DNA of 64,000 nucleotides from Patescibacteria group bacterium (GTDB lineage: Bacteria > Patescibacteriota > Minisyncoccia > Moranbacterales > UBA2206): assembly GCA_022709735.1 (NCBI GenBank), contig JAKLIG010000002.1, positions 1,949-65,948 on the forward strand, read 5' to 3'. The notes below the pieces were generated by a model, which had not been told where the DNA came from, did not search any database, and worked only from the letters and a program-made list of their open reading frames with translations. The translations under genes and the position numbers were made by a program. Positions 9,190 to 18,065 of this stretch are shown in pieces (position 1 is the stretch's first letter; each line of letters begins with the position of its first letter).

Positions 9190-11583
9190 TCATAATTCCC
9201 ACTTATCCCGCTTCTCTTGATCTTCCAACTTATCTTCATATCCAATATTTTCTTCCGGAGATGCCCCATAAACTTCTCGCGGTTTGGCACCGTCCGCCGG
9301 ACCAATTATTCCTTTTTCTTCTAAAACATCCAGAATTCTAGCCGCCCGCGCATAGCCGATTCTAAATCTTCTTTGCAAAAATGACGCGCTGGCTTTTTTC
9401 GCCCGGATAATTTCTTCTTCAATTTTTTTGATAAGTTCTTCGTCTTCCCCGTTTTCTTCTTGCGCCTTGAATTCCGTAATTTCTTTTTGAGAATTCTCTG
9501 TGATATCCGCGCCTTCCTCATTTTCTTTTTTATCCTCTTTCTTTTGAGCTTTGACAAATTTAACCACTCTTTTCACTTCTGATTCGCTCACGAAAACTCC
9601 TTGAATTCTTTTCGGTTTTGGAGAGCTGGTACTAAGATACAGCATATCCCCGTTTCCAAGTAATTTTTCCGCTCCACCCATATCCAAAATAGTTCTGGAA
9701 TCAATTTGCGTCGCGACTTGGAAAGCAATTCGCGTTGCGATGTTAGCCTTAATTAGCCCCGTGATGACTTCTACTGACGGTCTTTGCGTGGAAATAATCA
9801 GATGAATTCCAACCGCTCTTGCCATTTGAGCAATTCGGACAATCGCGCTTTCCACTTCCTTGCCATGACTGCTAATCATAAGATCTGCCAGTTCATCAAT
9901 CACGATTATAATGTAGGGCAAATTTTTGAGTTCCTCTTCATAAGTTTCCTTGGTTTCCAAATCAGTGCGTTTTATTTTATATCCCGATTTATATTTTTCC
10001 CGATAAGAATTTATATCTCTTGAGCCGACATCTTGGAGCAAGCGGTATCGTCTTTCCATTTCTCCCACCGCCCATTTCAAAGCATTGATTACCTTGCCAT
10101 TATCCACTACCACATCGGCAAGCAAATGTGGAATACCATTGTATAGCGAAAGCTCCACTCTTTTTGGATCAATCATGATAAATTTCAAATCTTCCGGAGA
10201 ATTTTGGTAAAGCAATGTCAGGATAATAGAATTTATTGAAACTGATTTTCCTGTTCCGGTTGAGCCGGCAATCATAAGATGAGGCATCTTGGCCAGATCT
10301 CCCAAGATACTGCTTCCGCTCACATCTTGACCGAGTGTTAAGGTCAAATTGGAAGTTCTTTTTCGAAATTGCGTATCTTCAATCATATCGCGAAGCCGAA
10401 CAATGAGCGATGACTTGTTGGGAATTTCAATGCCAATCAAAGATTGGCCGGGAATTGGCGCTTCAATTCGAATTGGATGAGCGGCGAGAGCCAAAGACAA
10501 ATCATTTTGGAGCGCCAAAATTTTCGCAATTTTCACTCCTACCGCCGGACGAAAACTATATTGCGTCACGGCCGGTCCGATTTTCGCCGCGCCTCTTTCT
10601 ACTTGGATTCCAAAATCTTTAAGCGTTTTTTCAATAATAGCAAAATTGCTTTCAATGTCTCCGCCTTGCGCCGTGCCGTATGATTTTTCCAGCATATCCG
10701 CCGGCGGGAAAGACCACTTGGAACCCTTGGAAGCTTTTGGAAATTTGAATTCTTTGGCCGGTGATTCCATGTCTAGCGAACGCCTTTCCATTATTTTTTT
10801 GGAATTTATTTCCATCTCCGGCTGAATTTGATTTTCAATTTGAGGAGAGACAAATTGGTCGCGCCCTTCGGCAAATTCAATTCTCCCGATATTTTTTTCC
10901 GCTTCCATTTCTTCTGATTTTTTTTCTTCCAATGGAAGTTTGAGCAAAGTTTCTTGAGCTTTTTCTTCAGGCTTTTTTTCTTCTGTTTTTTCTTCTTTAT
11001 TTTCTTCACCCGATTCTTCCTCGGTTTCTTCTTTTTTCAATCTCGAAAACAAATGAATGATGGAAAAATTGAAAGCGACAATTATTCCCAGAAAAAATAG
11101 CGCCAAAAGAACCACCATGCTTCCGGCCGAGCCTAAATATTTTTCCAAAAAATAACTTAACGCGTAGCCGACATATCCTCCGCCCTTGCCTTCGCCGGCA
11201 ATTTTGAGCATTTCTTTGGAAGCATAGAACCAATGAAAAATTCCGGTAAAGCTAAGAAGCGCTACCGCGAGTCCGATAAATTTAGTTATATAGAAAGCCG
11301 TTTCACGCCGAATGAGAAGCACGACTCCTGCGATAATCAAAAACACCGGCAGAATAAATTTAACCCAGCCGATTGAATAGGCGATCATTCTGTTCAGAAA
11401 TCCGCCGAAAGATCCGGCAAGGCCGAAAAAGCCCAAAACCGAAAGCGCCGCCAATGCGAAAAGAACCACGGCCACCGCGCTTCTTTTGGCGTCCCCCTTG
11501 AGGTTTCTTCTTGGCTTTCTTTCTTCCAAGCTTTCCTCTAAGTTATCTTCTCTCAAGTTTTTGTTTTTCTTGTGTCTCCCCAT
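9190..11583 (-). CDS. ftsK: DNA translocase FtsK/SpoIIIE
   Basis: N-terminal TM helices, charged linker, motor domain with HLMIAGSTGTGKS Walker A, C-terminal winged-helix gamma domain. Confidence 0.9.
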   Translation of the reverse strand: MGRHKKNKNLREDNLEESLEERKPRRNLKGDAKRSAVAVVLFALAALSVLGFFGLAGSFGGFLNRMIAYSIGWVKFILPVFLIIAGVVLLIRRETAFYITKFIGLAVALLSFTGIFHWFYASKEMLKIAGEGKGGGYVGYALSYFLEKYLGSAGSMVVLLALFFLGIIVAFNFSIIHLFSRLKKEETEEESGEENKEEKTEEKKPEEKAQETLLKLPLEEKKSEEMEAEKNIGRIEFAEGRDQFVSPQIENQIQPEMEINSKKIMERRSLDMESPAKEFKFPKASKGSKWSFPPADMLEKSYGTAQGGDIESNFAIIEKTLKDFGIQVERGAAKIGPAVTQYSFRPAVGVKIAKILALQNDLSLALAAHPIRIEAPIPGQSLIGIEIPNKSSLIVRLRDMIEDTQFRKRTSNLTLTLGQDVSGSSILGDLAKMPHLMIAGSTGTGKSVSINSIILTLLYQNSPEDLKFIMIDPKRVELSLYNGIPHLLADVVVDNGKVINALKWAVGEMERRYRLLQDVGSRDINSYREKYKSGYKIKRTDLETKETYEEELKNLPYIIIVIDELADLMISSHGKEVESAIVRIAQMARAVGIHLIISTQRPSVEVITGLIKANIATRIAFQVATQIDSRTILDMGGAEKLLGNGDMLYLSTSSPKPKRIQGVFVSESEVKRVVKFVKAQKKEDKKENEEGADITENSQKEITEFKAQEENGEDEELIKKIEEEIIRAKKASASFLQRRFRIGYARAARILDVLEEKGIIGPADGAKPREVYGASPEENIGYEDKLEDQEKRDKWEL

Positions 11584-11592
11584 ATAAAACTA

Positions 11593-11623
11593 TTTTAGCA
11601 CAAAATCCGAAAATCAAAAAACA
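11593..11623. repeat. 31-bp direct repeat TTTTAGCACAAAATCCGAAAATCAAAAAACA (copy 1)
   Basis: identical copy at 12952-12982; partial copy near 14271-14290. Confidence 0.85.
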
Positions 11624-11632
11624 CAGTAAAAA

Positions 11633-12775
11633 TTAATCTTTGCGACCGACAAATTCAAAATAATTTTCCTTGTTGATTATTTCAAAAGAAGAATTTTCAT
11701 AATTTTTCAGCCATTCTGCCGGAGCCTTAACTTGCTTCTTTTTCCATTTCATTTCATAGCCAAAAAGTTTTCCGTTCTGCTCTTCTATAAAATCTATTTC
11801 TTGTTGATCATAAGTTCGCCAAAAATATTTGTTTGGACGCAATTTTTGATGAGAGTTTCTTTTTATTCTTTCTGCAATAAGTAAATTTTCCCAAAGCGCT
11901 CCCGTATCATTTCTAAGCGACAATAAATTAAAGTTTTGAATCAAGCTATTTCTAATTCCCAAATCATAAAAATAAATTTTAACCGATTTTGAAATTTCTT
12001 TTCGCATATTCCGGCTAAAAGCTTTCAGTGTAAACACTATAAAAGACTGTTCCAAAATATCAATATATTTTTGCACTGTGAGCCGGCTTATTCCCAAGTT
12101 TTTCGCCAATTCAGTATAGGAAACTTCTCGACCAAGTTGAAGCGCCAAAAGTTTTAGAAGATTTTCAATCACGCTGGATTTATTAATTCCTTCAAAGGCT
12201 AAAATATCTTTATATAAATAATTCGAAACAATTTCATCCACTTTTTCTTTTATACTATCCTCATTTTCCGCCAAAAAGACTTCCGGATAAGTTCCGAAGC
12301 GCATAATATTTTCCAATTTGCCATCTATTTCAAATCGATTATATTCTTGCTCCAATTCAATAATTGAAAAAGGATATAGGGTAAATCTTTTTGCTCTTCC
12401 CGTCATCGGTTCGCTAGTTTTATTCGCCATTTCAAAGCTCGACGAGCCGGTAGCGATAATTTGAATTTCCGGACAATGATCCACTAGAATTTTCAATATT
12501 GTTCCGGCATTGGACATTTTTTGCATTTCATCTAAAACCACCAGCTTATATCTTCCCAAGTACGATTTTAGTCGACTCGCTTCGGGAATTTCAAGATTTT
12601 GCCTCACAGAAAGCAATTCACAATCAAAATAACTGGCTTCTTCTCCATATTTTTCAATTATTTGCTTAGCTAAAGTTGTTTTTCCCACCTGCCTAGCACC
12701 GTAAATAATAATAGCTTTGCCTTTAAAAAGCTCGTCTTCTATTTGTTTTTGGGCTATTCTTGAGATTATTTGCAT
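11633..12775 (-). CDS. AAA+ ATPase, DUF4143 family
   Basis: Walker A GARQVGKTT, Walker B VVLDE, C-terminal DUF4143-like region; the gene is bracketed by 31-bp perfect direct repeats. Confidence 0.7.
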   Translation of the reverse strand: MQIISRIAQKQIEDELFKGKAIIIYGARQVGKTTLAKQIIEKYGEEASYFDCELLSVRQNLEIPEASRLKSYLGRYKLVVLDEMQKMSNAGTILKILVDHCPEIQIIATGSSSFEMANKTSEPMTGRAKRFTLYPFSIIELEQEYNRFEIDGKLENIMRFGTYPEVFLAENEDSIKEKVDEIVSNYLYKDILAFEGINKSSVIENLLKLLALQLGREVSYTELAKNLGISRLTVQKYIDILEQSFIVFTLKAFSRNMRKEISKSVKIYFYDLGIRNSLIQNFNLLSLRNDTGALWENLLIAERIKRNSHQKLRPNKYFWRTYDQQEIDFIEEQNGKLFGYEMKWKKKQVKAPAEWLKNYENSSFEIINKENYFEFVGRKD

Positions 12776-12951
12776 AATTTTGCCTAAATTTGTTATTCTA
12801 CTTACAATTTTAGGCTAAATTTTGATATTTGTCAAGCACCGTTCAGATTTCCTAAAGCTTCGCTTTAGGATAAATAATTCATAAAATTAGTATAAATTAT
12901 GCGATTACATTCTCAATTTTAAGCTGAATTTTAATATTTGTCGGCGATATC

Positions 12952-12982
12952 TTTTAGCACAAAATCCGAAAATCAAAAAACA
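12952..12982. repeat. 31-bp direct repeat (copy 2)
   Basis: identical to 11593-11623. Confidence 0.85.
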
Positions 12983-13023
12983 AAAAAAAGTCCCCCTCAA
13001 CCAAATTTGGCATATTGGGGGAC
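12982..13023 (-). terminator. intrinsic terminator downstream of the 13054-13413 gene
   Basis: GTCCCCC...GGGGGAC hairpin with a T-run on the minus strand. Confidence 0.55.
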
Positions 13024-13053
13024 ACTGACTTTAACTGGAAATTTCATCATAAC

Positions 13054-13413
13054 CTATGATATGCTAAAAACTTCCATGTAAGCAGACCAATTTGTAAATT
13101 TGCCTTTGTCAACAGTTTGCCCGCAAATACTGAATTTGGTTCTGGGTTCGCCGGTAGGTAATTGTGTTGGCAGAATAAAACGAATATCCCCTTCTTTCCT
13201 TTTGGCAATGCAGAATATTTCGTTATCTGCGTTCCAACATACCATAATCGGCAATATACCCTTCTTCGCCTTCAGCACATAATCAATGGCTTTTTCTTTC
13301 TCATCGATTTTGATTGTTCCGACATAAATCTTTGCAGGAAAATCATAGTCCATTTTAGTTTTTTTACCTTTTTTGAAACGGTGAATAACTAAATCAAATT
13401 CGATTGTCGGCAT
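13054..13413 (-). CDS. hypothetical protein
   Basis: 119-aa ORF; no recognised motif. Confidence 0.35.
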   Translation of the reverse strand: MPTIEFDLVIHRFKKGKKTKMDYDFPAKIYVGTIKIDEKEKAIDYVLKAKKGILPIMVCWNADNEIFCIAKRKEGDIRFILPTQLPTGEPRTKFSICGQTVDKGKFTNWSAYMEVFSIS

Positions 13414-13446
13414 AATAACCTCCTTTTTTTGTCTTATTGAATTAAG

Positions 13447-14175
13447 TTAGAGAAAAAAATTTCCGTAAGGTTCTGTGATCGCCCAGCCTGCCATAGGATA
13501 AAGACGCGTATTTCCATATTGCCTTTTTTCCTCGCAGATAATTACAGCAGAAGCAATTTGATCCACATACAGATTGACCTCTTGAGGAAGAACTTTTAAT
13601 TGTTCTATTTCGCCACAAGGATTTTTTGTTCTTGTCATTCGACAAATAAGTGGTCTCGCGGGATAAACAATGCACTTTCTTTCCCTAGTATTCAGATATG
13701 GACACGGCGTAATACCGTAAGCACATTCTTTAAGATATTCTCCAATCGACTCCCAGTTTTTTGTGCTCGTGAGAACTTCTTTATGCGCTTTAAAAAATTT
13801 CACTGACTCCTTTCTGACATGATAAAGTATTTTTGTTTTTTCCATACCTGATAAATTTTCAATGAAATCAATTATGGTTTCCATTTCCAGCGCAGTGCAA
13901 CAAACCAGCTGGTGGCAACAAATATCACAACCCTTCTTGCAGGCAATCTGGTTCTTTGCATAATACTCAGCTATTAATTGGTCATGTAGCTCATAAACAA
14001 CGCGCACCAAATTCTTGCCTCCCTTGTCCACTGAAATCATCTCTGAAAAAGATTTTTCTGCTTTTTGATATTTCTCTAAAACCTCCCCTTGTAATTCATT
14101 AATTGTTATTTTACAAGCCATCATTTTGGGAATTTTAATGCCCATTTCTTCCAAAAGAATTGGATTATAATTCAC
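13447..14175 (-). CDS. YkgJ-family cysteine-cluster protein (putative zinc/iron-chelating domain, CxxCxxCC)
   Basis: KKGCDICCHQLVCC and CPYL...CIVYPARPLICR motifs. Confidence 0.6.
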   Translation of the reverse strand: MNYNPILLEEMGIKIPKMMACKITINELQGEVLEKYQKAEKSFSEMISVDKGGKNLVRVVYELHDQLIAEYYAKNQIACKKGCDICCHQLVCCTALEMETIIDFIENLSGMEKTKILYHVRKESVKFFKAHKEVLTSTKNWESIGEYLKECAYGITPCPYLNTRERKCIVYPARPLICRMTRTKNPCGEIEQLKVLPQEVNLYVDQIASAVIICEEKRQYGNTRLYPMAGWAITEPYGNFFL

Positions 14176-14278
14176 GGTGCCTCCTTTTATTAATCGGCTT
14201 TTTCAATCATTATTTAATTTGAAAGGTTCTATTTTTCTTAGTAGCTTATTCTAAAACATATTTTGATATAAGTCAAAA

Positions 14279-14312
14279 ATCAAAAAACGCCCCGGGAAAT
14301 CCAAAGCGTTTT
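14279..14312 (-). terminator. putative intrinsic terminator downstream of rpoC
   Basis: short GC stem (AACGC/GCGTT) with a T-run on the minus strand. Confidence 0.4.
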
Positions 14313-14364
14313 TTTATTCTATAAAAAGTATATTTCCTAAAAGCTAACAGCTATAAGCTAAAAG

Positions 14365-17300
14365 CTATTTCCTGTATCCCGTTCCCGCTGGAATCAGTTT
14401 TCCGATGATAACATTTTCCTTGAGTCCGCGAAGTTTATCTTCCTTGCCTTGAGACGCGGCGTTAATGAGAACGCGCGCCGTTTCTTGGAAGGAAGCGGCA
14501 GAAAGGAAGCTGTCAGTAGAAAGCGCAACTTTTGTGATGCCGAGAAGCATTTTCTCGCCAACCGCTTTTTCTCCACCGGCTTTTTTGATCGTCTCGTTCG
14601 CTTCATCAAATTCATCTTGTTCCAAAATATCTCCAATAGAAAAGTCCGTGTCGCCTTGTGAAAGAATAGTTATTCGACTAAACATTTGGCGAATAATAAC
14701 TTCGATATGTTTGTCATTGATGCCTTCGCCTTGCGCCGCATAAACTTCTTGAATTTCTCGAATAATATAGCGGTGCACTTCTTCCCAACCCATCGTTTTA
14801 TAAAGTTTTTTGAGATCAACATGTCCTTCGGAAAGCTGGGTTCCTTTGCCAATCATTTCTCCTTCAGAAATTTTGAGTGTGCTTCCGGAAGGCACTTGAT
14901 ATTCTTTGATTGTCTTTTGCTTATCCTCCGCTTCAATCTTAATCACAAAATTCTTATCTTGCTTTTCAACTGAAAGCACTTTGCCGTTGACTTCAGAAAT
15001 AATCGCTTCGCCTTTCGGAGGACGAGCTTCAAAAATTTCTTCCACCCGAGGAAGACCTTGAGTGATGTCAGATCCCGCGATACCTCCAATATGGAAAGTA
15101 CGCATTGTAAGCTGAGTTCCTGGTTCGCCGATCGCTTGCGCCGCCACAATTCCAACCGCTTGTCCGATTTCCACCACATTGCCTCTTCCAAGATCAATTC
15201 CATAGCACTTCTGGCAAACTCCACGAGCAGTTTTGCAAGTAACCGCAGTTCGAATTTTTACTTTTGTTATTCCCATCTTTTCAATTTTCTCGCCTTGTTC
15301 CTTAGTAACCAGATTACCTTTCTCAACAACAATTTCTCCTGTTTTTGGATCTGCGATATCTTCCACTAGCACTCGGCCGATTACTCTACTTGCAAAATTT
15401 TGACCGATTCGATCAGAATCTTCCTTGAAAATATAAGCCCCGACTTTGTCTTTGCAATCCGCTTCGCGAACAATAATATCTTGCGAAACATCAACAAGTC
15501 TTCGAGTTAAATATCCAGCGGTCGCTGTTCGAAGAGCGGTGTCCGCCATACCTTTTCTGGCGCCATGAGTGGAAATGAAATATTCCAAAACATTCAATCC
15601 TTCTTTGAAACAACTCTTAATCGGAAGTTCAATAGTTTCTCCGGTTGGTCCAGCCATGAGTCCTTTCATTCCGGCCATCTGCACAACGACTGATTCCGAA
15701 CCTCGCGCCTTGGAATAAACCATAGAATAAACCGGTCCTTCTTTGTCGATAGAAGCACGAACTGCGTCAGTAATTTTATTTTTCGCTTCATTCCAAATTT
15801 CAATCACCTTGTTCTTTCTTTCTTCTTCGGTGAGAAGTCCCATATTGTATTGTTTTTTCACCAATTCCACTTTTTCTTCCGCCTTATCCATAATTTCTTT
15901 CTTGTTTTTTGGAATAACCAAATCATTCATGCCCCAACTGATACCAGATTTTGTGACGGAACGAAAACCCAAATCCTTAACTTGATCAACAAATATTGCG
16001 GCCGCTTCTCGTCCGCAAATTTCCAAAACTTTGGCAACCAAGAGTTTCAATTCCTTTTTAGTCATCTCTTCATTTAGAAAACCAATTTCTTTTGGAATAA
16101 TTAAATTTAATTTTATTCTTCCAATTGAAGTTTCCAATATTTTTCCTTTGTGATCAACTTTTATTTTTGCTCTGACATCCACTTGATTGAGTTCGTTGGC
16201 CAAAATTGCTTCATCAAAATTGGAAAATATCTTTCCTTCACCTTTAACGCCGGAAACTATATGAGTAATGTAATAACAACCTAAAACCATATCCAAAGTC
16301 GGCGTAGTGATCGGTTCTCCGCTGGCCGGTTTCAAAAGGTTTCGCGCTGATAACATCAAATTCTCTGATTCCCAGCGAGCCTTATCCGTAAGCGGAACAT
16401 GGACCGCCATTTGGTCGCCGTCGAAGTCGGCGTTGAAAGCTGAGCAAACCATCGGATGAATCTGAATCGCCTTACCTTCAATCAAAACTGGTTGAAAAGC
16501 TTGAATAGAAAGTCGGTGAAGGGTTGGGGCGCGGTTTAGCAGTACATAGTGATGCGAAATAATTTCGTCCAAAATATCATATGCTTCTTCTGTTTCGCCT
16601 TCCACCATTTTTCCGGCGCTTCTGACATTATAAGCTAATTCTCTTTCAATTAATTTATTGATAATAAACGGTTTGAAAAGTTCGAGCGCCATTTTTTTCG
16701 GCAATCCGCATTGGTGCAATTTCAAGCTCGGACCAACCACGATAACCGATCGTCCGGAATAGTCCACTCGTTTTCCAAGAAGGTTCTGACGGAATCGGCC
16801 TTGTTTGCCTTTCAAAGTATCCGCCAAAGATCGAAGCGGGCGTCTTTGCCCAGTTGATGCAGCCACACTCACTTGGCTTCTTCTCGCACTGTTGTCAAAA
16901 AGAGCATCTACCGCTTCCTGAAGCATTCTTTTTTCATTTCTAGTGATCACTTCCGGCGCGCCGATTTCAATCAGTTTCTTGAGCCGGTTGTTTCGGTTGA
17001 TAATTCTTCGGTAAAGATCATTGAGGTCAGATGTGGCATAGCGTCCTCCGTCGAGCGCTACCATCGGTCGAAGATCCGGCGGAATCACTGGAATAATTGT
17101 CGGAAGCATCCATTCTAATTTCATTCCGGCTTTCAAAAATCCTTGAAATAATTTTATTCTTTTTAGAATTTTTTTCTTATCTAAATTTTCATCGTCTTTC
17201 AAAATCTTTTTGAGTTTTTCAATTTCTTGCTGATTATCCATTCCGCAAAGAATATTTCTTATCGCTTCCGCTCCAATTGACGCAGAAAAAACTTGCGCAT

Positions 17301-17949
17301 ATTTTGTCGACAAATTGAAATATTCCACTTCAGAAATTATTTGCAATTTGTGGAGGCTCTTCAATTCTTCTTTGGAAGAACGGTAAATATTTTTGAGTTC
17401 TTCTTGTTTTTCCAAGCCTTCTTTGGTGTCAGCAGAAAAATTCTTGCTAATTTCTTTCTGCTTATTTTTATATTCCTGATCAAGTTGCGTCAAAGTTTTT
17501 TCTCTTTCATTTTCATCCACTGAAAGCACGACATAACTGGAAAAATAAACTATCTTTTCCAAATCCTGAACGCCCATGCCAAGCGCTAGACCGATCTTTG
17601 AAGGCACTCCGCGCAAAAACCAAATGTGAGAAACCGGCACTGCCAGTTTGATGTGTCCCATTCTTTCGCGTCGAACAATCGAGCGAGTGACTTCCACTCC
17701 GCATTTGTCGCAAACGATACCTTTGTAGCGGATCCTTTTATATTTTCCGCAATAACATTCCCAGTCTTTTGAAGGTCCGAAAATTTTCTCGTCAAAAAGA
17801 CCTTCCCGCTCATAGCGCTGGGTTCGATAATTTATTGTCTCCGGTTTGGTCACTTCGCCGTGCGACCATTCCATAAAATTTTCCGGACTGGCGATTGAGA
17901 GCCTTACGCTACTGAAATCGCTAATTTTGGTGGTAGAAAATGAATCCAT
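14365..17949 (-). CDS. rpoC: DNA-directed RNA polymerase subunit beta'
   Basis: Zn finger CYCGKYKRIRYKGIVCDKCG, NADFDGD catalytic motif, trigger loop; true start is MDSFSTTKI at 17949. The track's 13-aa N-terminal extension (to 17988) is translation of a repeat element. Confidence 0.95.
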   Translation of the reverse strand: MDSFSTTKISDFSSVRLSIASPENFMEWSHGEVTKPETINYRTQRYEREGLFDEKIFGPSKDWECYCGKYKRIRYKGIVCDKCGVEVTRSIVRRERMGHIKLAVPVSHIWFLRGVPSKIGLALGMGVQDLEKIVYFSSYVVLSVDENEREKTLTQLDQEYKNKQKEISKNFSADTKEGLEKQEELKNIYRSSKEELKSLHKLQIISEVEYFNLSTKYAQVFSASIGAEAIRNILCGMDNQQEIEKLKKILKDDENLDKKKILKRIKLFQGFLKAGMKLEWMLPTIIPVIPPDLRPMVALDGGRYATSDLNDLYRRIINRNNRLKKLIEIGAPEVITRNEKRMLQEAVDALFDNSARRSQVSVAASTGQRRPLRSLADTLKGKQGRFRQNLLGKRVDYSGRSVIVVGPSLKLHQCGLPKKMALELFKPFIINKLIERELAYNVRSAGKMVEGETEEAYDILDEIISHHYVLLNRAPTLHRLSIQAFQPVLIEGKAIQIHPMVCSAFNADFDGDQMAVHVPLTDKARWESENLMLSARNLLKPASGEPITTPTLDMVLGCYYITHIVSGVKGEGKIFSNFDEAILANELNQVDVRAKIKVDHKGKILETSIGRIKLNLIIPKEIGFLNEEMTKKELKLLVAKVLEICGREAAAIFVDQVKDLGFRSVTKSGISWGMNDLVIPKNKKEIMDKAEEKVELVKKQYNMGLLTEEERKNKVIEIWNEAKNKITDAVRASIDKEGPVYSMVYSKARGSESVVVQMAGMKGLMAGPTGETIELPIKSCFKEGLNVLEYFISTHGARKGMADTALRTATAGYLTRRLVDVSQDIIVREADCKDKVGAYIFKEDSDRIGQNFASRVIGRVLVEDIADPKTGEIVVEKGNLVTKEQGEKIEKMGITKVKIRTAVTCKTARGVCQKCYGIDLGRGNVVEIGQAVGIVAAQAIGEPGTQLTMRTFHIGGIAGSDITQGLPRVEEIFEARPPKGEAIISEVNGKVLSVEKQDKNFVIKIEAEDKQKTIKEYQVPSGSTLKISEGEMIGKGTQLSEGHVDLKKLYKTMGWEEVHRYIIREIQEVYAAQGEGINDKHIEVIIRQMFSRITILSQGDTDFSIGDILEQDEFDEANETIKKAGGEKAVGEKMLLGITKVALSTDSFLSAASFQETARVLINAASQGKEDKLRGLKENVIIGKLIPAGTGYRK

Positions 17950-17960
17950 AATAATTATTA

Positions 17961-18065
17961 AATGCGACTCTAATTTACGAATGAGCATTCGAATGTTTCG
18001 AATGATTCGGTTTTATTCGAGTCATTCGTGTGCAGATTCGAGTCATTCGGGTCGCTTATTAAATT
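17961..18065 (-). repeat. intercistronic ~105-bp palindromic element, subfamily A, copy I (rpoB-rpoC spacer)
   Basis: near-identical to 29149-29266 except that copy lacks here the 20-bp CCTGCC palindrome; built of CATTCGAATG/ATTCGAGT words; terminal inverted repeat GCGACYC...GAGTCGC. Confidence 0.85.

Noticed and set aside
17950-17988. N-terminal 13-aa extension of rpoC (MLIRKLESHLIII) in the ORF track; similarly the extension of nrnA (41614-41694, containing LPAGRQV) and the 43491-43736 minus-strand ORF
   Set aside because: These residues are translations of the palindromic repeat elements (the CCTGCCTGCCGGCAGGCAGG palindrome reads LPAGRQV on both strands). Conserved protein starts lie downstream (MDSFSTTKI for rpoC, MKKFSQE for nrnA).
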